A DNA stretch of 17,251 bases. Source: Myxococcales bacterium. GTDB taxonomy: Bacteria; Myxococcota; Myxococcia; Myxococcales; Anaeromyxobacteraceae. The first letter of the stretch is position 1. Each line of letters opens with the position of its first letter. Location: assembly GCA_038320275.1 (NCBI GenBank), contig JBBQEB010000076.1:1-17251 (forward strand). The letters run 5' to 3'. Shown one piece after another: positions 8,626-16,653 of this stretch. The notes under the pieces were generated by a model that did not search any database, was not told where the DNA came from, and was given only the letters and a program-made list of their open reading frames with translations. The translations under genes were made by a program, and so were the position numbers.

Positions 8626-9677
8626 GCGACGCGACGATCCTGGCCCCCCCCGCGGCGGCGACGCCGGCCTACACCAGGAAAGACTTCGAATCGGGCATCG
8701 ACCCGCGGTGGTGCCCGGGCTGCGGGGACTACTCCATCATCAACCAGGTGCAGAAGCTGCTTCCGTCGGTGGGAGTGCCGCGCGAGAAGATCGTCTTCAT
8801 CTCCGGCATCGGCTGCTCCTCGCGCTTCCCGTACTACATGAACAACTACGGGATGCACACGCTGCACGGCCGGGCGCCGTCGTTCGCGTCCGGTCTCAAG
8901 ACATCGCGGCCCGATCTCCAGATCTGGGTCGTGACCGGGGACGGCGACGCGCTCGCCATCGGAGGAAACCACTTCATCCACATGATGCGGCGGAACATGG
9001 ACCTCAAGGTCCTCATGTTCAATAACCGCATCTACGGGCTGACCAAGGGGCAGACGTCCCCCACCTCCGAGCTGGGCAAGAAGACGAAGTCGACGCCGCA
9101 GGGCTCCCCGGACTACCCCTTCAACCCGCCCGCGGTCGCCCTCGGTTGCGGGGCCACCTTCGTGGCGCGCGCCATCGACGCGGAGGGCGCGCACATGGGG
9201 CAGGTGCTGAAGGCGGCCTCGCTGCACAAGGGTGTCGCGTACGTCGAGATTTACCAGAACTGCCCGGTCTACAACGACGGTGCGTACGTCTCCCTGACCG
9301 ACAAGACCGGCAAGGCCGACACGCAGCTCCGGATGGAGGACGGCAAGCCGCTCCTCTTCGGGAAGGACAACAAGAAGGGGATTCGCTTCAACACGAAGAC
9401 AGCCGAGCTGGAGGTCGTGACCGTCGGGGTGGACGGCGTCACCGTCGAGGACGTGCTGGTCCACCGGGCTGGCCGCGAGGATCCCACGCTCGCCTTCATG
9501 CTCGCGAACCTCACCGAGAAGCTGGGCTTCCCCACGCCCATCGGCGTGTTCCGGGACGTGCGCCGGCCCACCCACGACGAGCTCAACTGGGCCCAGATCG
9601 CGGAGCAGAAGGAGAAGAAGGCTGGGGCGGGGCTGCGCGAGCTCCTCGCCGGCAAGGACACCTGGGAAATTCGCTAG
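8622..9677 (+). CDS. korB: 2-oxoacid:ferredoxin oxidoreductase beta subunit (TPP-binding)
   Basis: WCPGCGD, SGIGCS, HTLHGRA, GDGD, NNRIYGLTKGQTSPT, QNCPVYN. ATGA overlap with alpha; SD AGGAGG. Confidence 0.95.
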   Translation: MSDATILAPPAAATPAYTRKDFESGIDPRWCPGCGDYSIINQVQKLLPSVGVPREKIVFISGIGCSSRFPYYMNNYGMHTLHGRAPSFASGLKTSRPDLQIWVVTGDGDALAIGGNHFIHMMRRNMDLKVLMFNNRIYGLTKGQTSPTSELGKKTKSTPQGSPDYPFNPPAVALGCGATFVARAIDAEGAHMGQVLKAASLHKGVAYVEIYQNCPVYNDGAYVSLTDKTGKADTQLRMEDGKPLLFGKDNKKGIRFNTKTAELEVVTVGVDGVTVEDVLVHRAGREDPTLAFMLANLTEKLGFPTPIGVFRDVRRPTHDELNWAQIAEQKEKKAGAGLRELLAGKDTWEIR

Positions 9678-10456
9678 CGGGCGGAAGCGCTCGCACAGGC
9701 GAGCGCCCCCCGCAGGCTCTTCGCGCACGCCTCCGCGCCGGGAGCGACGGCGAGGCATGCCCTGCATGCCTTCGCCGCGTCGTCGCAGCGCCCCAGCCGC
9801 ACGCGGGCGATGCAGGTGCCGTGCAGCGCCTCCAGGTAGCCCGGCGCCAGCTCGGCCGCGCGGGAGAACGCCACCTCGGCCCGCGCGAAAGCACCCGTCT
9901 CGTAGTCCATGAAGCCGAGGTCATGGTGGGCCTCCGGCGTCTTGGGCCGCGATTCCAGGAGGTGCAGGTACTCGGTCCGGGCTCGCGCCCACAGCCTTTC
10001 GCGCTCGGCCGGCTCGCGGCGCCCCCGGTGCAGCAGGGCGCGCGCGAGATCGAGGCGCGCTACCGCTAGGTCGGGGTCGATGCGCAGCGCCGCGCGGAAG
10101 CTCGCCTCGGCCGCGCGCTCGCGCCCCTCGGTGAGGTCGAGCTCGCCGAGGTTCACCCGCCCCTCGGCGAAGTCAGGCGCGAGCTTCACCGCGCGCTCGA
10201 AGCGGCGGCGGGCGCCTCCGAGATCGTCCCGCCGGCGCGCCACGAGGCCCATCCCGTTCTGTGCTTCGGGGATGTCGTCGTTGAACTCCAGCGCATGCGC
10301 GAAGGCGACCTCGGCTCGTTCGAGGTCGCCCGCCCCGAGATAGCCGTAGCCGCGAACGATCTCTTCGGCCGCGCGAGGGTGAACTCGCGGCGACGCTGCG
10401 CAGGAGAGGAGAGCGCAGGCGACGGAGACGAGGGCGGCCACAGGGCGGACTGTCAT
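9674..10456 (-). CDS. TPR-repeat lipoprotein with Cys-rich C-terminus
   Basis: From ATG 10456: signal peptide with lipobox LLSC, several TPR-like units (e.g. AEGRVNLGELDLTEGRERAAEASFRAALRIDPDL), six Cys in the last ~50 aa. Stop overlaps the korB stop (CTAG). Confidence 0.82.
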   Translation of the reverse strand: MTVRPVAALVSVACALLSCAASPRVHPRAAEEIVRGYGYLGAGDLERAEVAFAHALEFNDDIPEAQNGMGLVARRRDDLGGARRRFERAVKLAPDFAEGRVNLGELDLTEGRERAAEASFRAALRIDPDLAVARLDLARALLHRGRREPAERERLWARARTEYLHLLESRPKTPEAHHDLGFMDYETGAFARAEVAFSRAAELAPGYLEALHGTCIARVRLGRCDDAAKACRACLAVAPGAEACAKSLRGALACASASAR

Positions 10457-10458
10457 GC

Positions 10459-10474
10459 TGGCCTGCGGTTCGCA
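10459..10474 (+). promoter_or_regulatory. candidate sigma54 -24/-12 promoter motif for the beta-barrel gene
   Basis: Plus strand TGGCCTG-CGGT-TCGCA; GG-N10-GC spacing correct; 14 nt from GC to ATG. Weaker match than the opposing motif. Confidence 0.5.
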
Positions 10475-10486
10475 ACCGCCGTGCCG
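10471..10486 (-). promoter_or_regulatory. sigma54 -24/-12 promoter motif for the TPR lipoprotein
   Basis: Minus strand CGGCACG-GCGG-TTGCG versus consensus TGGCACG-N4-TTGCW; GG and GC exactly 10 nt apart; 15 nt from GC to ATG. Confidence 0.7.
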
Positions 10487-10487
10487 C

Positions 10488-11006
10488 ATGCGCACGATCC
10501 TTCTCGCCCTCTTCTGCCTCTCCGTTCCGCGCCTCGCGGCCGGCCAGCTCGCGCCCCGCTCCATCGCCATCGAGCTCGGAATGGCGGGCGAAACGGGCGC
10601 GGCACTCCCGTCCGCGGTCCCGGTGGCGCTGCTCGCCTCCTGGGCTGTCGACGAGCGCCTCGACGTCGTGCTGCGCGCCGCCTGGAGAGCCGGCCAACGG
10701 ACCTCCGGCCGTGAGACGGACGCCCTCGTGGAGGCAGGGCCCGGGCTACGGCTCGCGCTAGCAGGCGGCGCACTTCGGCCCGAGCTCGTCGCCGACCTCG
10801 CCGTGATCCAGCGGCTGCCCGGCCTGTTCGAGGCCACCGCCACGGGGATCCGGCTCGGCGGGGGTGCGGGCGTGGAGCTCTTCTTCGCCGCCGATCTCTC
10901 TCTTGCCGCGGTGGGGGAGGCGACCGTGACGGCGATGTCCCTCGCGCAAGGCGCCCGAAGCGGCGCTGGCCTCCTGGGGACGCTGCGGCTCGCCGCCTAC
11001 TTCTGA
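10488..11006 (+). CDS. small secreted protein, probable outer-membrane beta-barrel
   Basis: From ATG 10488 (172 aa): signal peptide MRTILLALFCLSVPRLAAG, alternating amphipathic strands, GGGAGVELFF, C-terminal LRLAAYF beta-signal-like end. Confidence 0.7.
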   Translation: MRTILLALFCLSVPRLAAGQLAPRSIAIELGMAGETGAALPSAVPVALLASWAVDERLDVVLRAAWRAGQRTSGRETDALVEAGPGLRLALAGGALRPELVADLAVIQRLPGLFEATATGIRLGGGAGVELFFAADLSLAAVGEATVTAMSLAQGARSGAGLLGTLRLAAYF

Positions 11007-11581
11007 CCCCGCCGAGCGCCGTCGAGGGGCTCGGTGCGCGCGGGCTCGCCGCCCTCCCAGACCTCGCGCTCGTCCGGGAGGCCGTCGCCGTCGAGGTCGC
11101 GCTCGCGGCGGGCGAGGCTGCCGTCCACCCGGAAGTGCGCCCAGGCGTGGGGCAGCCCGTCCTTGCCGAAGTGATAGGTCTTCTCGGCGAGCTGCCCGCT
11201 CTGGTACCGGAGCGCCAGGTCAGGCCGGCCATCTCCGTCGAGGTCCACCGCGCGGCGGGTGACCTCACCTTCCGGCCCGAGCTCGAGCCAGAGGTCGGTC
11301 CGCCCGTCGCCGTCGAGGTCGCGCTCTTCCCGCACGAGGACGGGCCGGCCCTTCTCTCTGCGCCCCCAGAAGCGCCAGGTGTCGGGTGCACCGTCCCCGT
11401 CGAGATCGAGCGCGTCCATGCGCTCTCCCGCGCCGGGACGGTGCGGCGTGCCGGCGGGACGAGGCCGCACGTCGGGAGCCGCGGAGGCAGGGGAAGGCGC
11501 CGGCGTGCGGCAGCTCGCGGAGCCGAGCGCGAGCGCGGAGGCGAGCGCGACCAGCGCAGAGCCTCGCCAGGAGCGCTGCAC
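10997..11581 (-). CDS. putative lipoprotein with DLDGDG (Dx[DN]xDG) repeats
   Basis: GTG 11581; Arg-rich N-region, hydrophobic stretch, imperfect lipobox GSASC, Pro-rich linker, four exact DLDGDGxxD motifs. Confidence 0.75.
   Translation of the reverse strand: MQRSWRGSALVALASALALGSASCRTPAPSPASAAPDVRPRPAGTPHRPGAGERMDALDLDGDGAPDTWRFWGRREKGRPVLVREERDLDGDGRTDLWLELGPEGEVTRRAVDLDGDGRPDLALRYQSGQLAEKTYHFGKDGLPHAWAHFRVDGSLARRERDLDGDGLPDEREVWEGGEPARTEPLDGARRGQK
11072..11407 (-). repeat. coding repeat: 4 exact and 1 degenerate DLDGDGxxD units, 24-29 aa period
   Basis: Units at 11381-11407, 11294-11320, 11219-11245 and 11072-11098; degenerate HFGKDGLPH between the last two. Confidence 0.85.
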
Positions 11582-11585
11582 GCGT

Positions 11586-11614
11586 TTGACACTACACAGA
11601 GCGTCACCTACGCT
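11586..11614 (+). promoter_or_regulatory. sigma70 promoter TTGACA-N17-TACGCT, predicted leaderless transcript of the RHH operon
   Basis: TTGACA 11586-11591, TACGCT 11609-11614, then 6 nt to GTG at 11621; no SD sequence. Confidence 0.75.
11589..11597 (-). promoter_or_regulatory. candidate -10 element (TAGTGT) for a leaderless transcript of the DLDGDG gene
   Basis: Minus strand ...GTG-TAGTGT-caaacgc-GTG; 7 nt from hexamer to start codon; overlaps the opposing -35. Confidence 0.5.
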
Positions 11615-11620
11615 CATCGG

Positions 11621-11812
11621 GTGCCCCGGAAGAAGATCTCCACCACGATCTACATCACGCCCGAGCAGAACGAGCAGCTCAAGCTCCTCAACCACCGGAC
11701 CAAGGTGCCAGTCGCGGAGTACATCCGGCAAGGGATCGACCTCGTTCTGGAGAAGTACCGGCGGGCCCTTCCTGGGCAGCTTTCACTTGATGATGTCGGG
11801 ACGAGGAAGTAA
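11621..11812 (+). CDS. ribbon-helix-helix (CopG/Arc/MetJ-like) DNA-binding protein
   Basis: 63 aa MPRKKISTTIYITPEQNEQLKLLNHRTKVPVAEYIRQGIDLVLEKY...: beta strand STTIYIT followed by two amphipathic helices. It is the tail of ORF 11135..11812. Confidence 0.85.
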   Translation: MPRKKISTTIYITPEQNEQLKLLNHRTKVPVAEYIRQGIDLVLEKYRRALPGQLSLDDVGTRK

Positions 11813-11821
11813 CCCAGGCGC

Positions 11822-12790
11822 ATGGCTGAACAGCGCGCGGTGGTCCTCGGAGCAGCCGGCTTCATCGGAAGCCACCTCTGCGACCGCTTCCTCGCGGAGG
11901 GTTGGCGCGTCACCGGCATCGACAACCTGGTGACGGGGACGCTGCGGAACCTCGAGGGCCTCCAGTCCGACGTGCGCTTCGACTTCGTGCAGGCGGACAT
12001 CTGCGAGCCCTTGAACGTCGCGGGCCCGGTCCACGCGGTCCTCGACTTCGCCTCCCCCGCATCCCCGGTGGACTACCTCAAACATCCCTTCGAGACGCTG
12101 CACGTCGGGTCGATCGGCGTGGAGAACGCGCTCCGGCTGGCGAAGCGTCACGATGCGCGCTTCCTGCTCTCCTCCACCTCGGAGGTCTACGGCGATCCGC
12201 TGGAGCACCCACAGCGGGAGAGCTACTGGGGGAACGTGAACTCCGTCGGGCCCCGGGCCGTGTACGACGAGGCCAAGCGGTTCGCGGAGGCCATCACCAT
12301 GGCCTACCACCGCTACGAGCGCGTGCAGACCCGCATCGCCCGCATCTTCAACACCTACGGACCGCGCATGCGGCTCGACGACGGGCGGGTGGTGCCCACC
12401 TTCGCGGCGCAGGCGCTCCGGGGTGAGCCCATCACCGTGTTCGGCGACGGCACCCAGACGCGCAGCTTCTGTTACGTGGACGACAACGTCGAGGGCATCT
12501 GGCGGCTCCTGCGCTCGGAGACACCGGATCCGGTGAACATCGGCAATCCGCACGAGCTCACGATGCTGGAATTCGCCCGCTGGATCCGGGATGCCGTGGG
12601 CGCCTCGGTGGACATCGTGTTCCGCCCCCTTCCGCAGGACGACCCGCGCGTGCGGAAGCCCGACATCACCCGCGCGCGCGAGGTCCTTGGCTGGGAGCCC
12701 ACGGTGGGCTTCGAGGACGGGATGCGGCGGACCATCGCCTGGTTCGAGCAGCGCATCCAAGGCGGCGACACCGCTGCCGTGGCCGTCTGA
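11822..12790 (+). CDS. UDP-glucuronate decarboxylase (UDP-xylose synthase, extended SDR)
   Basis: [80 protein letters not shown]. Confidence 0.92.
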   Translation: MAEQRAVVLGAAGFIGSHLCDRFLAEGWRVTGIDNLVTGTLRNLEGLQSDVRFDFVQADICEPLNVAGPVHAVLDFASPASPVDYLKHPFETLHVGSIGVENALRLAKRHDARFLLSSTSEVYGDPLEHPQRESYWGNVNSVGPRAVYDEAKRFAEAITMAYHRYERVQTRIARIFNTYGPRMRLDDGRVVPTFAAQALRGEPITVFGDGTQTRSFCYVDDNVEGIWRLLRSETPDPVNIGNPHELTMLEFARWIRDAVGASVDIVFRPLPQDDPRVRKPDITRAREVLGWEPTVGFEDGMRRTIAWFEQRIQGGDTAAVAV

Positions 12791-12806
12791 CGGCCAGAGA
12801 GACCCC

Positions 12807-13751
<945 letters not shown>

Positions 13752-13857
13752 GAGCACACCGCGCCGCACGCCGGCGCACCGTTCCTCCGGCCGGTCCTTT
13801 CCGGACGTGCCCCGTCTCGGGCACGCTACGCTCCCGATCGCCCCGAAGGAGCCCGAC

Positions 13858-14826
13858 ATGAAGCGTGCACTGTCCGTCATCGCCGCAGCGTCCCTGACCG
13901 CGTGCGGAGGGAGCAGCCCGAACCAGCCCCTGACGGCCGAGGAGGCGCGCGGCGCCCTGCCGACCGAGGGTCAGGCCAAGATCGCGGCGCCCGACTCCGC
14001 CGCGCTGGCCGGAGCGCCGCGGGGTGCGGAGGCGGCGGGCGCCACCGCGCCCTTCGCGGTGAGCACCATCGCGCTCGCGGCGGCGGTGAACGGCGGCGTG
14101 CTCTGGTCGCTCGTCATCGTGCACGCCATCGCGGCCCTTCCGCCGACGAGGTGCGAAGGGGAAGCCTGCACCTGGGGTGGCTCGGGTTCCGGGGGGGCGC
14201 TGGAGCTGAACGACTGGCGGCTCACCGTCACCAGGAAGGGCGGCACCTACGCGTGGTCGCTCGCAGGTTCTCCCCGCTCGCGCCCGGGGGTGGGGTTCGT
14301 GACGGTCCTCTCGGGAGAGGCCTTCCCTGGCGCGACGCAGCAGGCAGGACACGGGGACTTCACGCTCGATCTCGACGCCGCGACGGCGTCGCTCGACCGC
14401 TTCACGGATGACCCCGGCCCCGGCAGCGGGAGGATCGAGGCCACCTACGACGGTCGCGGCACGCCCACGGTTGGCGTGCATTTCCTCGGGACGAAGGACG
14501 CGGACCATCCCGGGACCACCGTGAACGCAGCCTATCGCTACGCTGGGAGCCCCGTGGGTGGCGACCTCCAGGTGGCCTCGCGCAACCTCGTCTCGGGAGA
14601 CTCTTTCACCCTTCGCTCGCGCTGGACGGGTGCGGGCGCGGGGCGGGGCGACGCTCAGTTCGCGGGCGCGGCAGGCTCCTTCGCAGAGAGCCAGTGCTGG
14701 AGCGGCAACACGACCCGCTTCGCCCTGGTCTACCAGGCATCGACTCCGGCGGCGCCGAGCGACACCGGGAGCGAAGCCTCCTGCGCGTTCACCCCGGCCG
14801 CGCCGCCCACCGTCGCGGCGCCGTGA
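13858..14826 (+). CDS. hypothetical lipoprotein, beta-strand-rich
   Basis: SD AAGGAG, ATG 13858, MKRALSVIAAASLTACGG (lipobox LTAC); Gly/Thr/aromatic-rich strands; four further Cys. Confidence 0.82.
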   Translation: MKRALSVIAAASLTACGGSSPNQPLTAEEARGALPTEGQAKIAAPDSAALAGAPRGAEAAGATAPFAVSTIALAAAVNGGVLWSLVIVHAIAALPPTRCEGEACTWGGSGSGGALELNDWRLTVTRKGGTYAWSLAGSPRSRPGVGFVTVLSGEAFPGATQQAGHGDFTLDLDAATASLDRFTDDPGPGSGRIEATYDGRGTPTVGVHFLGTKDADHPGTTVNAAYRYAGSPVGGDLQVASRNLVSGDSFTLRSRWTGAGAGRGDAQFAGAAGSFAESQCWSGNTTRFALVYQASTPAAPSDTGSEASCAFTPAAPPTVAAP

Positions 14827-14883
14827 GCGCGCGGCGCTCGCTCCAAGACCGGCGCGGCGCGGCCCGGCGAGCGCGAGGTGGCC

Positions 14884-14912
14884 TAGCGCCGCCGGTGAAC
14901 CGACCCTAAGCT
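14884..14912 (+). promoter_or_regulatory. weak candidate sigma70-type promoter TAGCGC-N17-TAAGCT
   Basis: 17-nt spacing and a TAnnnT -10 in the 166-bp gap; poor -35. Confidence 0.25.
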
Positions 14913-14992
14913 CTTCCACCGGGAGAGCGCGCCAGCACCATTCACGGGGGGTGAGCGCCGGCGCAGCTCCACGACACGAGGGGCACCGCACG

Positions 14993-15799
14993 ATGGCGAG
15001 CAACAGCACGACGACCACCGATCACGACGAGATCAGGGCGTGGGCCGAGGAGCGCGGGGCGAAGCCTTCCGAGGTGGAGGCGACCGAGAAGGACGGGCAG
15101 ACCGGGATCCTCCGGCTCGACTTCCCGGGGTACTCGGGCGAGGGATCGCTGAAGGAGATCCCCTGGGAGCAGTGGTTCGAGAAGTTCGAGCAGAGCAAGC
15201 TGGCGCTCATCCTCCAGGAGGAGACCGCCGACGGCGAACCGAGCAACTTCAACAGGCTCGTGTCGCGTGAGAACGTGGACGTGGGCGGCGCGCAGGGCGG
15301 CCAGGGCACGAAAGGCGGCCGCGGCGCGAAGGGCGCGAAGAGCGGCGGGCGCGGCAAGAAGGCCGTGGGCGGCGCCGCCAAGGCCTCGCGCGGTGCTGGG
15401 GCGCGGTCGGTCGGACGCGGCGGCGCGGCGCGCAAAGCTTCCGGCGGCAAAGGCAAGGGAACTGCCAGCCGAAAGTCCGCTGCCCGGGGCCAGGTGACCG
15501 CGGGCCGCAAGCCTGCCGCAGGAAAGCGCGGCGGCGCCCAGGCGGCCTCGGGCGGGAAGACGGCCGGCGGGGGCAGGGGCAAGGCAGTGGCAGGTCGCGG
15601 CGGACGCTCCGGAGGCGCCAAGGCGGGCGCGCGCGGAGGCGGGAAGGGGGCGGCCGTGGCGCGCACGGCGGGCGCCAGGGCGGGAGCGAAGGCCGGCGAG
15701 AAGGCCGGAGCGCGCGCCGGCGAGAAAGCCGCGAAGCGCGGGGCTGGCAAGCGGAGCGCTGCGCGCGCCGGAGGAAGGGCGGGGCGGGGCTCGGCGTAG
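14993..15799 (+). CDS. hypothetical protein: ~95-aa acidic domain plus basic Gly/Ala/Lys/Arg low-complexity tail
   Basis: SD GAGGGG, ATG 14993. TTTDHDEIRAWAEERGAKP...GILRLDFPG...IPWEQWFEKFE...NFNRLVSR, then ~170 aa of G/A/K/R. Confidence 0.85.
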   Translation: MASNSTTTTDHDEIRAWAEERGAKPSEVEATEKDGQTGILRLDFPGYSGEGSLKEIPWEQWFEKFEQSKLALILQEETADGEPSNFNRLVSRENVDVGGAQGGQGTKGGRGAKGAKSGGRGKKAVGGAAKASRGAGARSVGRGGAARKASGGKGKGTASRKSAARGQVTAGRKPAAGKRGGAQAASGGKTAGGGRGKAVAGRGGRSGGAKAGARGGGKGAAVARTAGARAGAKAGEKAGARAGEKAAKRGAGKRSAARAGGRAGRGSA

Positions 15800-16038
15800 A
15801 GCCCTGCGGCGGCCGTCCACGGCTGTGCGGCTCGGCCTGGACCGGGTCACACCCTCGGTTCGCGGGCGAGCGGGGCGCGATCGCGAGGCCGCACGGAAGG
15901 CGCAGATGCGGGAGGCGTAGCCTGCACGGTGAGAGCTTCCCGCATCACATCTTCGCCTTGCCCCCCCCCGTCGGCACCGATAAGCCCCGGCGGTTCGAGA
16001 CTACGCCGCGGCCGCTGCGGCCCGGGAGAGGAAGCCAG

Positions 16039-16653
16039 ATGGCAGACCAGGTGAAGAAGTACGTCGAGCATGACTTCTCGAAGGTGAAGGGGCTGGCGGG
16101 CATCTCCGACGCGCAGGTCGCGGAGCACCTCAAGCTCTACGCTGGGTACGTGAAGCGCACCAACGCGCTCACCGAGAAGCTCTTCGCACTGTGCAGCGAG
16201 GGCAAGGCGTCCGGCGCCGACCCGGTGTACGCGGAGCTCACGCGCCGCATGGGCTTCGAGTACGACGGGATGATTCTCCACGAGTATTACTTCGGGAACA
16301 TGAAGGCCGGCGCCCAGGCCGAGCCGCCCGCGGGGAGCCCTCTCCGCACCGCCATCGAGAGCTCCTTCGGCGGCAAGTACGATCTCTGGCTGGCCGACTT
16401 CCGGGCCGTCGCCACCATGCCGGGCGTGGGATGGGCCATCGCCTACCAGGATCCCTCCAACGGCTGGATCTCCAACCACTGGATCACGCTGCACAACGAC
16501 GGCCACCCGGCCGGCTTCAAGCCGATCCTGGTCATGGACGGCTGGGAGCACGCCTTCATGCGCGACTACCAGGCCACCGAGCGCGGCAAGTACGTGGACG
16601 CGTTCTTCAAGAACATCTGCTGGGACACGTGCGAGAAGCGGCTGCGGAAATAG
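16039..16653 (+). CDS. Fe/Mn superoxide dismutase family protein (atypical)
   Basis: SD GAGG, ATG 16039. Metal ligands in EHLKLYAGYV, LHEYYF and DGWEHAF; also GVGWA and YVDAFFKNICW. Confidence 0.9.
   Translation: MADQVKKYVEHDFSKVKGLAGISDAQVAEHLKLYAGYVKRTNALTEKLFALCSEGKASGADPVYAELTRRMGFEYDGMILHEYYFGNMKAGAQAEPPAGSPLRTAIESSFGGKYDLWLADFRAVATMPGVGWAIAYQDPSNGWISNHWITLHNDGHPAGFKPILVMDGWEHAFMRDYQATERGKYVDAFFKNICWDTCEKRLRK

Noticed and set aside
8644..8651. C8 run near the korB 5' end as a phase-variation site
   Set aside because: It encodes Ala-Pro-Pro in frame in a central metabolic gene and is plausible by chance.
6493..9767. Long antisense ORFs (632 aa, 441 aa) and similar shadow ORFs throughout the window
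   Set aside because: They mirror well-supported sense genes and carry no motifs; this is expected from GC3 bias.
11072..11407. Regularly spaced nucleotide repeats as a CRISPR-like array
   Set aside because: The copies are degenerate at synonymous positions and in frame; the protein repeat explains them fully.
11621..11812. RHH as a TA antitoxin, or as the c-di-GMP-binding nucleoid protein CdbA
   Set aside because: No adjacent toxin ORF, and the sequence does not resemble CdbA as I recall it; no symbol assigned.
13819..13834. GGCACG as a sigma54 -24 box (also on the minus strand near 3086-3091)
   Set aside because: No GC at the required 10-nt spacing in either case.
14827..14992. GC-rich hairpins (e.g. 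GCTCTTCC-acc-GGGAGAGC, 14910-14928) as a terminator or ncRNA
   Set aside because: No U-tract or recognisable RNA family; short stems are common at this GC content.
15800..15957. Largest intergenic stretch as an sRNA, tRNA or small ORF
   Set aside because: No cloverleaf, repeat array, clear terminator or convincing coding signal.
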